Assembly: GCA_964469485.1 (NCBI GenBank)
Contig: CAYXZP010000001.1
Location: forward strand, 3,660 to 67,659
Direction of reading: 5' to 3'
Source: an uncultured Myxococcales bacterium
GTDB lineage: Bacteria; Desulfobacterota; Binatia; UBA1149; CAYXZP01
DNA: 64,000 nt
Shown here in pieces: positions 9,941-19,674 of the stretch; the stretch's first letter is position 1; each line of letters opens with the position of its first letter. The position numbers and the translations under genes were made by a program. The notes beneath the pieces are model-generated. The model ran no database searches. It saw only the letters and a program-made list of their open reading frames with translations, and had not been told where the DNA came from.

Positions 9941-10573
9941 ATGGCAGGAGCCAAAAAGAGAACGAGGAAGAAAGCGTCGGCGCGCCGTAGCGCGAGGGTC
10001 AAGCGTGCGACCAGCGAGACCTCGGTCACCGTCAGTCTCGATCTCGACGGCGACGGGACCTACTCGATAGACACGGGCATACCGTTCTTCGACCACATGC
10101 TCGAGACGCTGTCGCGGCACAGTCTGATCGATCTCTCGATCAAGGCCCGGGGTGATACCGAGATCGACGACCACCACACCGTCGAGGACGTCGGCCTGGC
10201 CATCGGCAAGGCGCTCGGGCGCGCGCTCGGCGACAAGCGCGGTATAAACAGGTTCGGGTACGCCCAGGTGCCTTTGGACGAGGCCTTGGTGGCCGCCACG
10301 GTCGATCTCAGCGGTCGGCCCTTTCTCGTTTACAATCTCAAGCTGCGCCACCACCGGGTGGGGGAGTTCGAGACAGAACTCGTCAACGATTTCATGCAGG
10401 CTCTGATGAACGAGGCGGCGATGAACCTGCACATCAACAAGTTGTACGGGCGTAACCCGCACCACACCATCGAGGCGGCCTTCAAGGCCGTCGCGCGTGC
10501 GCTCGGAACGGCCGTGTCCCGCGACCCGCGCGTAAAAGGCGTGCCGTCGACCAAGGGCAGCCTGGTCGACTAA
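9941..10573 (+). CDS. hisB: Imidazoleglycerol-phosphate dehydratase, carrying a Lys/Arg-rich N-terminal extension
   Basis: The core ETSVTVSLDLDGDG...FDHMLE...HH motifs align to HisB. About 17 extra basic residues (MAGAKKRTRKKASARRS) precede the conserved start. Confidence 0.9.
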   Translation: MAGAKKRTRKKASARRSARVKRATSETSVTVSLDLDGDGTYSIDTGIPFFDHMLETLSRHSLIDLSIKARGDTEIDDHHTVEDVGLAIGKALGRALGDKRGINRFGYAQVPLDEALVAATVDLSGRPFLVYNLKLRHHRVGEFETELVNDFMQALMNEAAMNLHINKLYGRNPHHTIEAAFKAVARALGTAVSRDPRVKGVPSTKGSLVD

Positions 10574-10578
10574 AGCGC

Positions 10579-11205
10579 GTGATCGCCGTCGTAGACTACG
10601 GCATGGGCAACCTGAGAAGCGTTGCCAAGGCGCTCGAGCACGTCGGTGCCGAGGTCCGGGTGACCGCCGAGGCGGCCGACATCGCCAAGGCAGACGGTGT
10701 CGTGCTTCCCGGTGTGGGCGCCTTCGGCCGTTGCATAGACAACCTGTGCGCGGCCGGGCTCGACAAGCCCGTCAAGATCGCGGCGGCTTCCGGGCGGCCC
10801 TTCCTGGGGATCTGCGTCGGCATGCAGATACTCTTTGAGGAGAGCGACGAGTTCGGGCCCGTCAAGGGCCTCGGGATACTCCGCGGCCGGGTCCGGCGCT
10901 TTGAGGGACTCGGTCCGGGCTTGCGCGTGCCGCACATCGGTTGGAACGCGCTACACATCCGTAGCCGGCCGCCGGTCCTCAAGGGGGTTGCCGATGGCGC
11001 CCGCGTCTACTTTGTCCACTCCTACTATGCCGAGTGCGAGTCGGACGAACTCGCGGCCGCAACGACGATCCACGGCGAGGAGTTCGTCTCGGCCGTCGAA
11101 AAGGGTTCGATATTTGCGACGCAGTTCCATCCGGAAAAAAGCCAAGCCGCAGGTCTGCGCCTGCTCGACAACTTCGCGGCTTTGGCCGCCGGCAGGCAGC
11201 TGTGA
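10579..11205 (+). CDS. hisH: Imidazole glycerol phosphate synthase, glutamine amidotransferase subunit
   Basis: MIAVVDYGMGNLRSV... class I GATase triad (C, H, E). Confidence 0.95.
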   Translation: MIAVVDYGMGNLRSVAKALEHVGAEVRVTAEAADIAKADGVVLPGVGAFGRCIDNLCAAGLDKPVKIAAASGRPFLGICVGMQILFEESDEFGPVKGLGILRGRVRRFEGLGPGLRVPHIGWNALHIRSRPPVLKGVADGARVYFVHSYYAECESDELAAATTIHGEEFVSAVEKGSIFATQFHPEKSQAAGLRLLDNFAALAAGRQL

Positions 11206-11939
11206 TCGTAGTCCCGGCCATAGACATACGAGGCGGCAAGTGCGTGCGCTTGGAACGCGGCGATTTCGCACGCGAGACGGTATTCGATGACGACCCGGCC
11301 GTTCCCGCCGCGCGCTGGGTCGCCGAGGGCGCCGAAGCACTGCACATCGTCGACCTCGACGGCGCCCGTGTGGGTCACTCCGACAACCGCCGCGCGGTCG
11401 AGTCCGTGATAACGGAGGCCCGTCGCAAGCCCGGCGTGGTCGTCGAGTTGGGCGGTGGCATCCGTGACCTCGCCGCGGTCGAACATTGGCTCGGGGTCGG
11501 CGTCGACCGCGTGATACTTGGCACCGCGGCCGTGCGCCGGCCGGAACTGGTCGAACAGGCCGCCGCGGCTTACCCGGAGCGTGTGTGGGTCGGCATAGAC
11601 GCCCGCGACGGTGTGGTTGCCACCGACGGTTGGACGCGGCAGGCGGGCCTGCGTGCGGTCGAACTGGCCAGCCAGGTCGTCGACCGTGGCGCCGCCGGTC
11701 TGATCTACACCGACATAGAGCGCGACGGCCTGCGGACCGGCGTCAACGTGGCCGCCACGGCCGAGTTCGCGCGCGGGGCCGGAGTGCCGGTCTATGCCTC
11801 TGGCGGCGTCGCTTCTGCCGACGACATCAACGCCCTGCGTGCCAGCCGGTCGAGCGGTATAGCCGGGGTCATAGTCGGGCGAGCCCTCTACGACGGGAGC
11901 ATCAAGCTTCAAGACCTTCTGGCCGCGGCCCGGACCTGA
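11202..11939 (+). CDS. hisA: ProFAR isomerase (1-(5-phosphoribosyl)-5-[(5-phosphoribosylamino)methylideneamino]imidazole-4-carboxamide isomerase)
   Basis: A GTG at 11202 overlaps the hisH TGA (GTGA). The protein begins [17 protein letters not shown]. Confidence 0.9.
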   Translation: MIVVPAIDIRGGKCVRLERGDFARETVFDDDPAVPAARWVAEGAEALHIVDLDGARVGHSDNRRAVESVITEARRKPGVVVELGGGIRDLAAVEHWLGVGVDRVILGTAAVRRPELVEQAAAAYPERVWVGIDARDGVVATDGWTRQAGLRAVELASQVVDRGAAGLIYTDIERDGLRTGVNVAATAEFARGAGVPVYASGGVASADDINALRASRSSGIAGVIVGRALYDGSIKLQDLLAAART

Positions 11940-11940
11940 A

Positions 11941-12777
11941 ATGTTGGCCAAACGCATAATTCCCTGTCTCGACGTCAGGCGTGGACGTGTCGTAAAAGGC
12001 ATAAATTTCATCGAACTCCGGGACGCGGGCGACCCTGTCGAGTCGGCCGCGCGCTACGATCTCGAGGGCGCCGACGAGCTTACCTTCCTCGATATTACGG
12101 CGAGCCACGAACGCCGCCCCATAATCCTCGACGTTGTGGCCAAGACGGCCGAGCAGGTGTTCATCCCACTTACGGTGGGCGGCGGCGTGACGGCCGAGGA
12201 GGACATCCGCAGGCTCCTCGAGGCCGGCTGCGACAAGGTCTCTATCAACACTGCGGCGGTCTCCGATCCCGACTTCGTCGCGGCCGCGGCGCGCCGCTTC
12301 GGAAGCCAGTGCACGGTGGTCGCCGTTGATGCCCGTGCCTGCACGGACGAGGATGGTCCGGCCGAGCTGCCGGACTGGGCCGGCACCTATCCCGGGCTAT
12401 TGCTCGGTCGCGAGCGCGCGGGTTGGCAGGTCTACACGCATGGTGGACGCGTGCCCACGGGAATAGACGCGCTGGCCTGGTGCGAGCACATGGCCGGGGT
12501 CGGCGCCGGCGAGATACTGCTGACCAGCATGGACCGTGACGGGACCAAGTCGGGCTACGACATCAAACTGACACGCGCGGTATCCGATGCCGTGCCCGTC
12601 CCGGTCATAGCTTCGGGCGGGGTAGGTGGGCCCGAGCATCTCCTCGAGGGGCTCACAGCCGGTGGCGCCGAGGCCGCGCTTGCGGCTAGCATCTTCCACT
12701 ACGGCGAGTACTCGATAGCCGAGTGCAAGGACTTTCTGGCCGATGGCGGTGTCGAGGTACGCCGGCCGGTCATCTGA
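11941..12777 (+). CDS. hisF: Imidazole glycerol phosphate synthase, cyclase subunit
   Basis: [20 protein letters not shown]... Contains an insertion of roughly 20 residues after the DAR motif relative to typical HisF proteins. Confidence 0.95.
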   Translation: MLAKRIIPCLDVRRGRVVKGINFIELRDAGDPVESAARYDLEGADELTFLDITASHERRPIILDVVAKTAEQVFIPLTVGGGVTAEEDIRRLLEAGCDKVSINTAAVSDPDFVAAAARRFGSQCTVVAVDARACTDEDGPAELPDWAGTYPGLLLGRERAGWQVYTHGGRVPTGIDALAWCEHMAGVGAGEILLTSMDRDGTKSGYDIKLTRAVSDAVPVPVIASGGVGGPEHLLEGLTAGGAEAALAASIFHYGEYSIAECKDFLADGGVEVRRPVI

Positions 12778-12789
12778 GCGCGACCGGCC

Positions 12790-13317
12790 TCAGGCCGTTA
12801 TGCGGCGGACCGGCTCGCGGCCGTCCCAGCCGGCGGCCTCCTCGGCGATGAACTTGAAGAACTCGCCCTTGAGGCCCACCACCTCGCTCAGTTCCACCAC
12901 GGTTCCGGGGTGCGCCTCGGTATCGAAATAGACGAAGCGTCCATCCTCCCCGACGCGTCCGGACTGGGCGATCTCGTAACCGAGACCGTCGAGTCGGGCT
13001 AGGTCCTCGTCCATGGACCCGGTCCAGTGGGCCACGTGTTGCAGACCCTCCCTGCCGGCGGCCAAGAAGTCCCGGTACATCGAGGGCCTGTCGTTCTTCT
13101 GCTCGATCAGCTCTATTTGTAGGGGGCCGCTGTTGGCCAGGGCTATGGCCATCCGGGCCTCGCTCGGGCTGCCGCGGTAAACAAGGTCCTCGATCGGGGC
13201 CGGGTCGAACACGTAAAAGGGGCCGACCCCCAGCCTTTCCACCCAATGCTCGAGGGCGGCCTCGAGATCACGCACGACGTAACCGTTCTGGCGAATGTCG
13301 CCGAATATGCGGCTCAT
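12790..13317 (-). CDS. VOC (glyoxalase/bleomycin-resistance/dioxygenase) family protein
   Basis: 175 aa with a duplicated beta-alpha-beta-beta-beta module pattern typical of the family. Confidence 0.55.
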   Translation of the reverse strand: MSRIFGDIRQNGYVVRDLEAALEHWVERLGVGPFYVFDPAPIEDLVYRGSPSEARMAIALANSGPLQIELIEQKNDRPSMYRDFLAAGREGLQHVAHWTGSMDEDLARLDGLGYEIAQSGRVGEDGRFVYFDTEAHPGTVVELSEVVGLKGEFFKFIAEEAAGWDGREPVRRITA

Positions 13318-14096
13318 AGTTCCTCCAGGCGAACCAGTTCGGGCACCGGGCTCTTGAGCTGGCTCAATGCAGGCACGGGCGTCTTGCCGTAACGTTCGAA
13401 AGAGCGCCGGTGAAGCTCGTGGAGCTCGGCCTCGACCTCGGCGCGGCAGCGTTCGACCTCAGCCGGCTCGGCGCGTTCGGCCACCGGGAAAGGGCCGGTG
13501 ACCTCGAAGCGGAGTTCGCCGAAGGGAAGCGGCACCATGGACCGGTCCCAGGTGTTGAGGTGTAGCGCCCTGTTCCCGTGCACCCGAACACAGTAGACCG
13601 ACACCCCGGTGGTGCTGGCGAACTGGGCCACGCCCAACCTGCACACTCCCGCCGGACCGCGGGAGCCGTCGGTGGTGAAGGCGGTGATGAGACCGCTGCT
13701 CCTGTGCTCCCGTGCATGCGTTATCATCCTGTTCAACACGGGCACACGCCGGCTCGCTCGCGAACTGCTGCCGCCACGCTGTGTTACCAGCCCGACCCTC
13801 GCAAGCAGCGCGCTTATGACGGTACCGGCATCGCCCACGCTGGCCACGGTCTGCACCCGCTGGCCGCCGAAGAAGAAGAGCGCGGCAAAGATGTCCTGGT
13901 GAAGGATGGCCATAGCGAGGTCTTCGCCGTCCGTGCTGCGGCGGAAAAGCCCATCGAGCTCGGTTCGGTCCACCCTGCTGGTGGCCACCACCAGACGCAT
14001 GTAGCCGAGGTAGAGGAAAGGAACGATGATGGCGGCGAGCCTCACGCTCGCCTTCTTGAGCCTGCGTCCTAGCGGCAGTTCCGCCACGGCTAGGAC
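13314..14096 (-). CDS. DUF374 / lysophospholipid-acyltransferase-like family protein
   Basis: C-terminal TWDRSMVPLPFGE matches the DUF374 SWDRFxIPxPF signature. The start is uncertain: the ORF extends upstream to 14276 but would then overlap the next gene. A start at 14096 or the ATG at 14000 is more likely. Confidence 0.5.
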   Translation of the reverse strand, partial: VLAVAELPLGRRLKKASVRLAAIIVPFLYLGYMRLVVATSRVDRTELDGLFRRSTDGEDLAMAILHQDIFAALFFFGGQRVQTVASVGDAGTVISALLARVGLVTQRGGSSSRASRRVPVLNRMITHAREHRSSGLITAFTTDGSRGPAGVCRLGVAQFASTTGVSVYCVRVHGNRALHLNTWDRSMVPLPFGELRFEVTGPFPVAERAEPAEVERCRAEVEAELHELHRRSFERYGKTPVPALSQLKSPVPELVRLEEL

Positions 14097-14115
14097 CTGC
14101 GAACGCTGCGCGCGT

Positions 14116-15366
14116 TCATCGCCACCCGCGGGCGGAGAGCCACTCGGCAATGGAGGCGACCGCCATGTCCCTCCCGGGCAGCTCTTGGCCTGCGGCCGGG
14201 TGGCCGTAATGGTCGCCGGAGATCTCGACGCTCTGTTTGTCGCTCGTGCCCAGGCTCGCATGGATGAGCCGGGCATCGGAGGGGAACACGCCGTTGTCGG
14301 CGGTGTAGCTGATCACAAGCGCGGGCAGGTCCACCGCCGCGCCGGCTGCCGGAACCGAGGCCCGCGAGGACAGCCCCGACCAGGTCGAAAGCCACGCTTC
14401 GGGCGTCACAACGCGGGCGAAACCGAAGGGTCCGTAGTTTATGAGGTCCGGGCGGTAGCCGAACAGCGATCCGTAGTCGCGCGCCGAGCTGTCAAGGGAA
14501 AGGTCGGTGTAACGGGGGTCGGCCTCGGTGCGGTAGACGGTTATGAATTCGACCGCGATCGCCCGGCGCCAGGCCTCGGTGTCGCCGGGGTCGGCGGCAA
14601 GCGCCGGGCGCGCCGCGCGTCTGAACGAGGCCAGCTCACGCGCGCGTTCGTCGATAGCTGCGACCCGCGCGCGCTGCGCTTCGCGGTAGGTGGCCAGGAA
14701 CTCGGGTGTGTATGAGCTCGGCTCCGGCGGAGGTCTGAACCCGTTGGCCGGGTCGTACATGTCGAGTTCGCGGTTGCAGCCCAGCGGGTCCGCTTCGTCG
14801 GTTATCGAGGGGTCGATGGCCTCGAGCAGGAACAGGCCCTCTCCGCGATGGGCTGCGACGTATACGATCCCGTCGATGCCGGGCAGCTCATAGGCACCGA
14901 GGTCGAATGCGTCGCCGGCGGCCGTGTCCTCGAGGCGGCGCTCCGGGGCGGCGTGGGCCTGCGAGGCGTAGAAGGTGTAGAGCGAACCGCCACCGCGGTT
15001 GCCGACGGCCACGATCCGTTCGAACCCGGCCCCGCGCAGATGTTTCATGCCGGCGGCCACGTCGAGCAACACACGTTCATGCTCGAGCATGGAGTCGTTG
15101 CCGACCGAGCGGCTGTTCTGCGTGAGCACGGCCACACCGGCCCGCAGCAGACCCGGCACCAGGTAGTGCCTGAGGAAGTCCGCGCGCGGGTGCATCAGGG
15201 TCAGCACGGTGGCCGGCCGTCTACCGGGCGGCAACCACAGCGCGGCGTGCGATGCGGCGCTGTCCTCGCTTTCGAGGGTAAGGATCTCGACCGAACTGCC
15301 CTCGGGAAGAGCCTCGGTCATCTCGACGACGAGATAGGGGTTCGGGTAGCGCCCCAGGCGCGTCAC
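14116..15366 (-). CDS. Alpha/beta hydrolase-fold protein
   Basis: 416 aa. GNRGGGS nucleophile-elbow-like motif and general alpha/beta hydrolase layout. Confidence 0.45.
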   Translation of the reverse strand: MTRLGRYPNPYLVVEMTEALPEGSSVEILTLESEDSAASHAALWLPPGRRPATVLTLMHPRADFLRHYLVPGLLRAGVAVLTQNSRSVGNDSMLEHERVLLDVAAGMKHLRGAGFERIVAVGNRGGGSLYTFYASQAHAAPERRLEDTAAGDAFDLGAYELPGIDGIVYVAAHRGEGLFLLEAIDPSITDEADPLGCNRELDMYDPANGFRPPPEPSSYTPEFLATYREAQRARVAAIDERARELASFRRAARPALAADPGDTEAWRRAIAVEFITVYRTEADPRYTDLSLDSSARDYGSLFGYRPDLINYGPFGFARVVTPEAWLSTWSGLSSRASVPAAGAAVDLPALVISYTADNGVFPSDARLIHASLGTSDKQSVEISGDHYGHPAAGQELPGRDMAVASIAEWLSARGWR

Positions 15367-15375
15367 GCTAACGCT

Positions 15376-16314
15376 CTAGCCATGGCGGCTCTCGAGCCAC
15401 CGTTCGGCATCGATGGCCGCTTCGCACCCGCTACCGGCCGCCGTTACGGCCTGGCGGTAGACCGAGTCTTGGACGTCGCCGCAGGCGAACACGCCCTCCA
15501 CGTTCGTATGGGTGGAGTCGGCGCGGGTGACTATGTAGCCCTTGGCGTCGAGTTCAAGGCTTCCGGCGAACAGTTGCGTGTTGGGGACGTGGCCTATGGC
15601 CATGAATACGCCGTCGCAGGCCTCCTCTACGGTCGTGTCCGAGGCGGTGTCGCGCAGCGTCACGCCGGTCACGCCACCCTCGGGGTCGCCGTGGATCTCC
15701 TCGACCACCGCGTTGGTCTTGAAACTTATCTTCGGGTTCTTGCGCGCGCGCTCCAGCATGATCTTGGAGGCGCGGAAGCCTTCGCGCCTGTGGACGATGA
15801 CGACAGGGTCGGCGAACTTGCTGAGGAAGCTGGCTTCTTCCATCGCCGAGTCGCCGCCTCCTATGACCAGAACCTTTTTTTCCTTGAAGAAGAAACCGTC
15901 GCAGGTGGCGCAGGCCGAAACGCCGTGCCCCATCAGCCGGGTCTCCGAATCGAGCCCGAGCAGACGCGCGACGGCCCCGGTGGCGATAATCAGCGCGTCG
16001 CAACCCAGCTCGCCGTTGTCGGTCGTGAGCGTGAAGGGCGGACCGTCGAGGTCGACCCCGGTGACGTCGCCGGTTACGAACCGCGTTCCGAAACGCGCCG
16101 CCTGCGCGCGGAAGAGGTCAATCATCGCGGGTCCCATCAATCCGTCCGGAAAACCGGGGTAGTTCTCTACGTCCGTCGTGATGGTAAGCTGCCCGCCGGG
16201 TTCGGCGCCTTCGACGACCAGCGGTTCGAGGTTGGCGCGGGCGGCGTAGAGGGCGGCGGTGAGCCCGGCCGGACCGGAGCCGAGGATTATGACGCGGTTG
16301 TGTTCGTGGGACAT
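15376..16314 (-). CDS. trxB: Thioredoxin-disulfide reductase
   Basis: [26 protein letters not shown]... with the CATC redox-active disulfide. Confidence 0.95.
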   Translation of the reverse strand: MSHEHNRVIILGSGPAGLTAALYAARANLEPLVVEGAEPGGQLTITTDVENYPGFPDGLMGPAMIDLFRAQAARFGTRFVTGDVTGVDLDGPPFTLTTDNGELGCDALIIATGAVARLLGLDSETRLMGHGVSACATCDGFFFKEKKVLVIGGGDSAMEEASFLSKFADPVVIVHRREGFRASKIMLERARKNPKISFKTNAVVEEIHGDPEGGVTGVTLRDTASDTTVEEACDGVFMAIGHVPNTQLFAGSLELDAKGYIVTRADSTHTNVEGVFACGDVQDSVYRQAVTAAGSGCEAAIDAERWLESRHG

Positions 16315-16374
16315 TCCCGTCGTCTAAGGAATTGATGGTGCGCATGCAAGCCCGGCACGGGCAGGAGGATTGCC

Positions 16375-16848
16375 ATGGCTGATCTTACACACGTCGACAA
16401 GAAAGGACGGGCACAGATGGTGGATGTCGGCGAGAAAGCGGTCACACGGCGGCGCGCACTCGCGCGCGCCCGCCTGGTCATGGAAGCGGCCACACTCGAA
16501 CGGATCATGCAGGGTGACGTCCCCAAGGGGGACGTTGTTACGGTCGCACGTATCGCGGGGGTAATGGCGGCGAAACGCACTGACGAACTGATACCGCTTT
16601 GTCACCCGTTGGCCATCGACTCGGCCGAACTCAGCTTCGAAGGGGCCGGGGGCGAGCTGCTCATCGAGGCCGCGGTGTCGGTCACCGGCCGTACCGGCGC
16701 CGAGATGGAGGCGCTGGTAGCGGCTTCGGTGGCGGCACTAACGGTCTATGACATGTGCAAGGCCATCGACCGTTCCATGCACGTGGCCGAGCTGGCCTTG
16801 CTGGAAAAGAGCGGCGGCCGTAGCGGAGACTACCGGCGCAGCCCCTGA
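16375..16848 (+). CDS. moaC: Cyclic pyranopterin monophosphate synthase accessory protein
   Basis: MADLTHVDKKGRAQMVDV... Conserved MoaC core. Confidence 0.9.
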   Translation: MADLTHVDKKGRAQMVDVGEKAVTRRRALARARLVMEAATLERIMQGDVPKGDVVTVARIAGVMAAKRTDELIPLCHPLAIDSAELSFEGAGGELLIEAAVSVTGRTGAEMEALVAASVAALTVYDMCKAIDRSMHVAELALLEKSGGRSGDYRRSP

Positions 16849-16912
16849 CCGCGGCCCGAACATGACGCGGCTGTCATTGCTGCCGCCGGTGCCGCGGCGT
16901 TAAGGTCGTCGC

Positions 16913-17623
16913 ATGAAGGACAAGTTTGCCTGCGCGGCGATAGAAACGCTGGCCGCCAGGGCCGATGAACGCGGCCTGTCGGTTCTCTCGGACGCCGAGC
17001 TGGTCGCCCTGGTGGCCGTCGGGCCGGCGGCCCCGGCCTCCTCGTACAGGTCCGGCCTGCTTGCCGCCGAGGGCCTGCTCGAAAGCAGCGGCGGGGTCCG
17101 CAGGGTCCTCGGACTGGCGCGGCCGGCCGCAAGCGAATCCTTCGGGTCTGCTGGCGCGCTCGTGCTCGCGGCCGCGGCCGAACTCGGGCGGCGGGCGGCA
17201 GCCTCGGCGCTGGGCCGCGGGGTGCGATTGCTCTCCTCGCGCAGCGTTGCCGGGCATTTCGGCCCCTTGCTCGCGGCCGAGCCGAGAGAACTTTTCTACG
17301 CCTTGCTCGTCGATACGCGCAACCGGCTGATCAGCAAGGTGCGTGTTTCGGAGGGTTCCCTGGCCGCCTCGCTGGTGCATCCCCGCGAGGCTTTCGCGCA
17401 TGCCGTGCGAGCGGCGGCTGCAGCCGTGATCTTTCTCCACAATCATCCGAGCGGCGACCCCGAGCCGAGCCGGGAGGACCGGCGGCTCACCGAACGGCTG
17501 GTTGCCGGCGGGCGCCTGCTCGGGATACCCGTGCTAGACCACGTCGTGGTCGCCGGCGATGCCCACTATTCGTTCGCCGACCATGGCGAAATTGGAACCG
17601 GGCGGGCCGGCACGGCGGCCTGA
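16913..17623 (+). CDS. radC: RadC-family JAB/MPN domain protein
   Basis: HNHPSGDPEPSREDRRLT JAMM motif. Confidence 0.85.
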   Translation: MKDKFACAAIETLAARADERGLSVLSDAELVALVAVGPAAPASSYRSGLLAAEGLLESSGGVRRVLGLARPAASESFGSAGALVLAAAAELGRRAAASALGRGVRLLSSRSVAGHFGPLLAAEPRELFYALLVDTRNRLISKVRVSEGSLAASLVHPREAFAHAVRAAAAAVIFLHNHPSGDPEPSREDRRLTERLVAGGRLLGIPVLDHVVVAGDAHYSFADHGEIGTGRAGTAA

Positions 17624-17633
17624 GCCGGCGGTC

Positions 17634-18050
17634 TCAGAAGGGGATGTCGTCGGCGGGGGGAGCCGTGGCGCCTGCGGTCTCTGCGGGGAGGTCGTCGCTG
17701 AAGCCGGTCGCAGCGCTCGGGGCCGAGCCGACGAACTGCACACGCTCGGCGACGATCTCGGTGGTGTAGCGGTCATTGCCGTCCCGGTCCTGCCACTTGC
17801 GGGTCTGGAGACGGCCTTCGACGAATACCGAACGGCCCTTGGACAGGTACTGCGCGGAGGTCTCGGCCTGACGGCCCCACACGACCACGCGGTGCCATTC
17901 GGTCCGCTCTTGGCGTTCGCCCGACTGGTCTGACCACTGCTCGTTGGTGGCCACGCTCAGCGTGGCCACGGCCTTACCACCGCTGGTGTGCCGAAGTTCC
18001 GGATCGCGTCCGAGGTTGCCAAGCACGATGACCTTGTTTACTGATGCCAT
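17634..18050 (-). CDS. ssb: Single-stranded DNA-binding protein
   Basis: [20 protein letters not shown]... OB fold with an acidic C-terminal tail DDIPF. Confidence 0.9.
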   Translation of the reverse strand: MASVNKVIVLGNLGRDPELRHTSGGKAVATLSVATNEQWSDQSGERQERTEWHRVVVWGRQAETSAQYLSKGRSVFVEGRLQTRKWQDRDGNDRYTTEIVAERVQFVGSAPSAATGFSDDLPAETAGATAPPADDIPF

Positions 18051-18121
18051 GAGTCGTTCTCCGCGTCTGTTTCGAGAGTGAGGGCGAGGCTAGGCCCGGC
18101 TGTCTGGCGTGTCAATACACG

Positions 18122-18883
18122 ATGAGTGATAACGACGAAGCCATGCACTCCCTGCCCGCGGTATCGTTCTTCGGTCGCATTACGAGCCTGATCAGGCTCG
18201 CGCTTTTCTTCGCCGAATCGGCCGGGCTCCTTCCCGCCCTTATCATTGCCGCCGTACTGGCCGGCGGGCGCCGCACCAAGGTCTGGGCCATGTCCTGGTC
18301 GGTGCTGTCGATGCGCGTGTTCGGTATGCGCGTCGACAGCGAAGGCCGTGAGAATCTGGAGCCTGGCCGCAGTTACGTCGTTGCCTCCAATCACAAGAGC
18401 CTGCTCGATCCCTTCTCGGTCGTTCTCGCCCTCGGTCCCGACCACCAGACCCGGTGGGTATCGAAGAAGGAGCTGCTCAAGGTGCCGCTGTTCGGCTTGG
18501 GGCTCAGGGTCACAGGGATGGTCATGATCGACCGTAGTGACAGTAGCCAGGCCGTCCGCGAGATCGCTCGTATGAGGAGCGAGGAGGGTATCTCGGTGGC
18601 CTTCTTCGCCGAGGGCGCCCGCGCACCCGGGGCCGAACTGCTGCCTTTCAAGAAAGGTGCCGCGGCCTTTGCCATCGACAGCGGTTGGCCTGTCGTGCCC
18701 GTGGCCGTGGCCGGTTCTCATTTGGCCCTGCCAAAGCATTCTTTGCTGCTGAGGCCGCGTACCATCCGGGTCCGTATCGGCGAGCCTATCGAGGTCACCG
18801 GGCTCGGTGAGGGCGACCGTGGCGCGCTCACCGAGCGTCTGCGCGGGCGCATCGCCGCCATGCTTGGTGAGATGAGCGAGTGA
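18122..18883 (+). CDS. plsC: 1-acyl-sn-glycerol-3-phosphate acyltransferase
   Basis: NHKSLLD (HX4D) acyltransferase motif and an N-terminal TM segment. Confidence 0.8.
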   Translation: MSDNDEAMHSLPAVSFFGRITSLIRLALFFAESAGLLPALIIAAVLAGGRRTKVWAMSWSVLSMRVFGMRVDSEGRENLEPGRSYVVASNHKSLLDPFSVVLALGPDHQTRWVSKKELLKVPLFGLGLRVTGMVMIDRSDSSQAVREIARMRSEEGISVAFFAEGARAPGAELLPFKKGAAAFAIDSGWPVVPVAVAGSHLALPKHSLLLRPRTIRVRIGEPIEVTGLGEGDRGALTERLRGRIAAMLGEMSE

Positions 18884-19674
18884 CACTGCTCGAGGCCGCC
18901 CTGCTCGGTATCGTCCAGGGGATCACCGAGTTCCTTCCGATCTCCAGTTCCGGCCATCTCGTCATCGGCCGCCACCTGCTTGGCAGCGATCTGGTTGGCT
19001 CCCTGGCCTTCGACGTCGCCCTTCACTGCGGCACGATGGCCGCCGTCATGGTCTATTTCCGCGCCGACCTGGCCCGTCTGCTGCGCGCTGCGCTCACGAC
19101 CGGCGACGAACACCGGGAGGGCCGCCGCGAACTGGCCATGCTCGCCCTTGCCACGGTGCCGATCGCCGTGGCTGGCCTGCTGTTCGCGGAGCCGCTGACC
19201 GTCGCCTTCCAGTCGCCGCTCATGGCCGGCTGCGGCCTGCTCGTGAGCGCGGCCCTATTGGCATCAACAAGGCTGTTGCCGCCCGGGCCGGACGGGAATG
19301 GCCGTCTTGGGCCACGGCAGGCCGTCATCGTCGGCCTGGTACAAGCCCTGGCCATCATGCCGGGCATTTCCCGGTCGGGGGCCACGATAGTTGCCGGTCT
19401 CTGGCTGGGGCTCGGGCGCGCACCCGCGGCCCGCTTTGCCTTTCTCCTGGCCCTGCCGGCCATTGCCGGCGCCACGCTGCTCGAACTGTCCGCGATCTCA
19501 ACGCTGGCCACCAGCTTGGCCCCATCGCTGGCTGCAGGCGTCGGACTTGCGGCTCTGAGCGGAATGGCGGCCATAGCGGTCATGATGCGTGCGGTCGAGG
19601 GCGGACGTCTGCTACCATTTGCGCTATACTGCCTGGTTCTCGGGACGGCGGCGCTGGTAGTAGGTGTGGGGTAA
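18880..19674 (+). CDS. uppP: Undecaprenyl-diphosphatase
   Basis: GITEFLPISSSGHL signature. Multi-TM protein. Confidence 0.9.
   Translation: MTLLEAALLGIVQGITEFLPISSSGHLVIGRHLLGSDLVGSLAFDVALHCGTMAAVMVYFRADLARLLRAALTTGDEHREGRRELAMLALATVPIAVAGLLFAEPLTVAFQSPLMAGCGLLVSAALLASTRLLPPGPDGNGRLGPRQAVIVGLVQALAIMPGISRSGATIVAGLWLGLGRAPAARFAFLLALPAIAGATLLELSAISTLATSLAPSLAAGVGLAALSGMAAIAVMMRAVEGGRLLPFALYCLVLGTAALVVGVG

Noticed and set aside
11025-12011. 328-aa and other long ORFs (10979-11347, 10951-11340) antisense to hisA/hisH
   Set aside because: Antisense to strongly conserved his genes. Arg/Pro-rich composition. No family resemblance.
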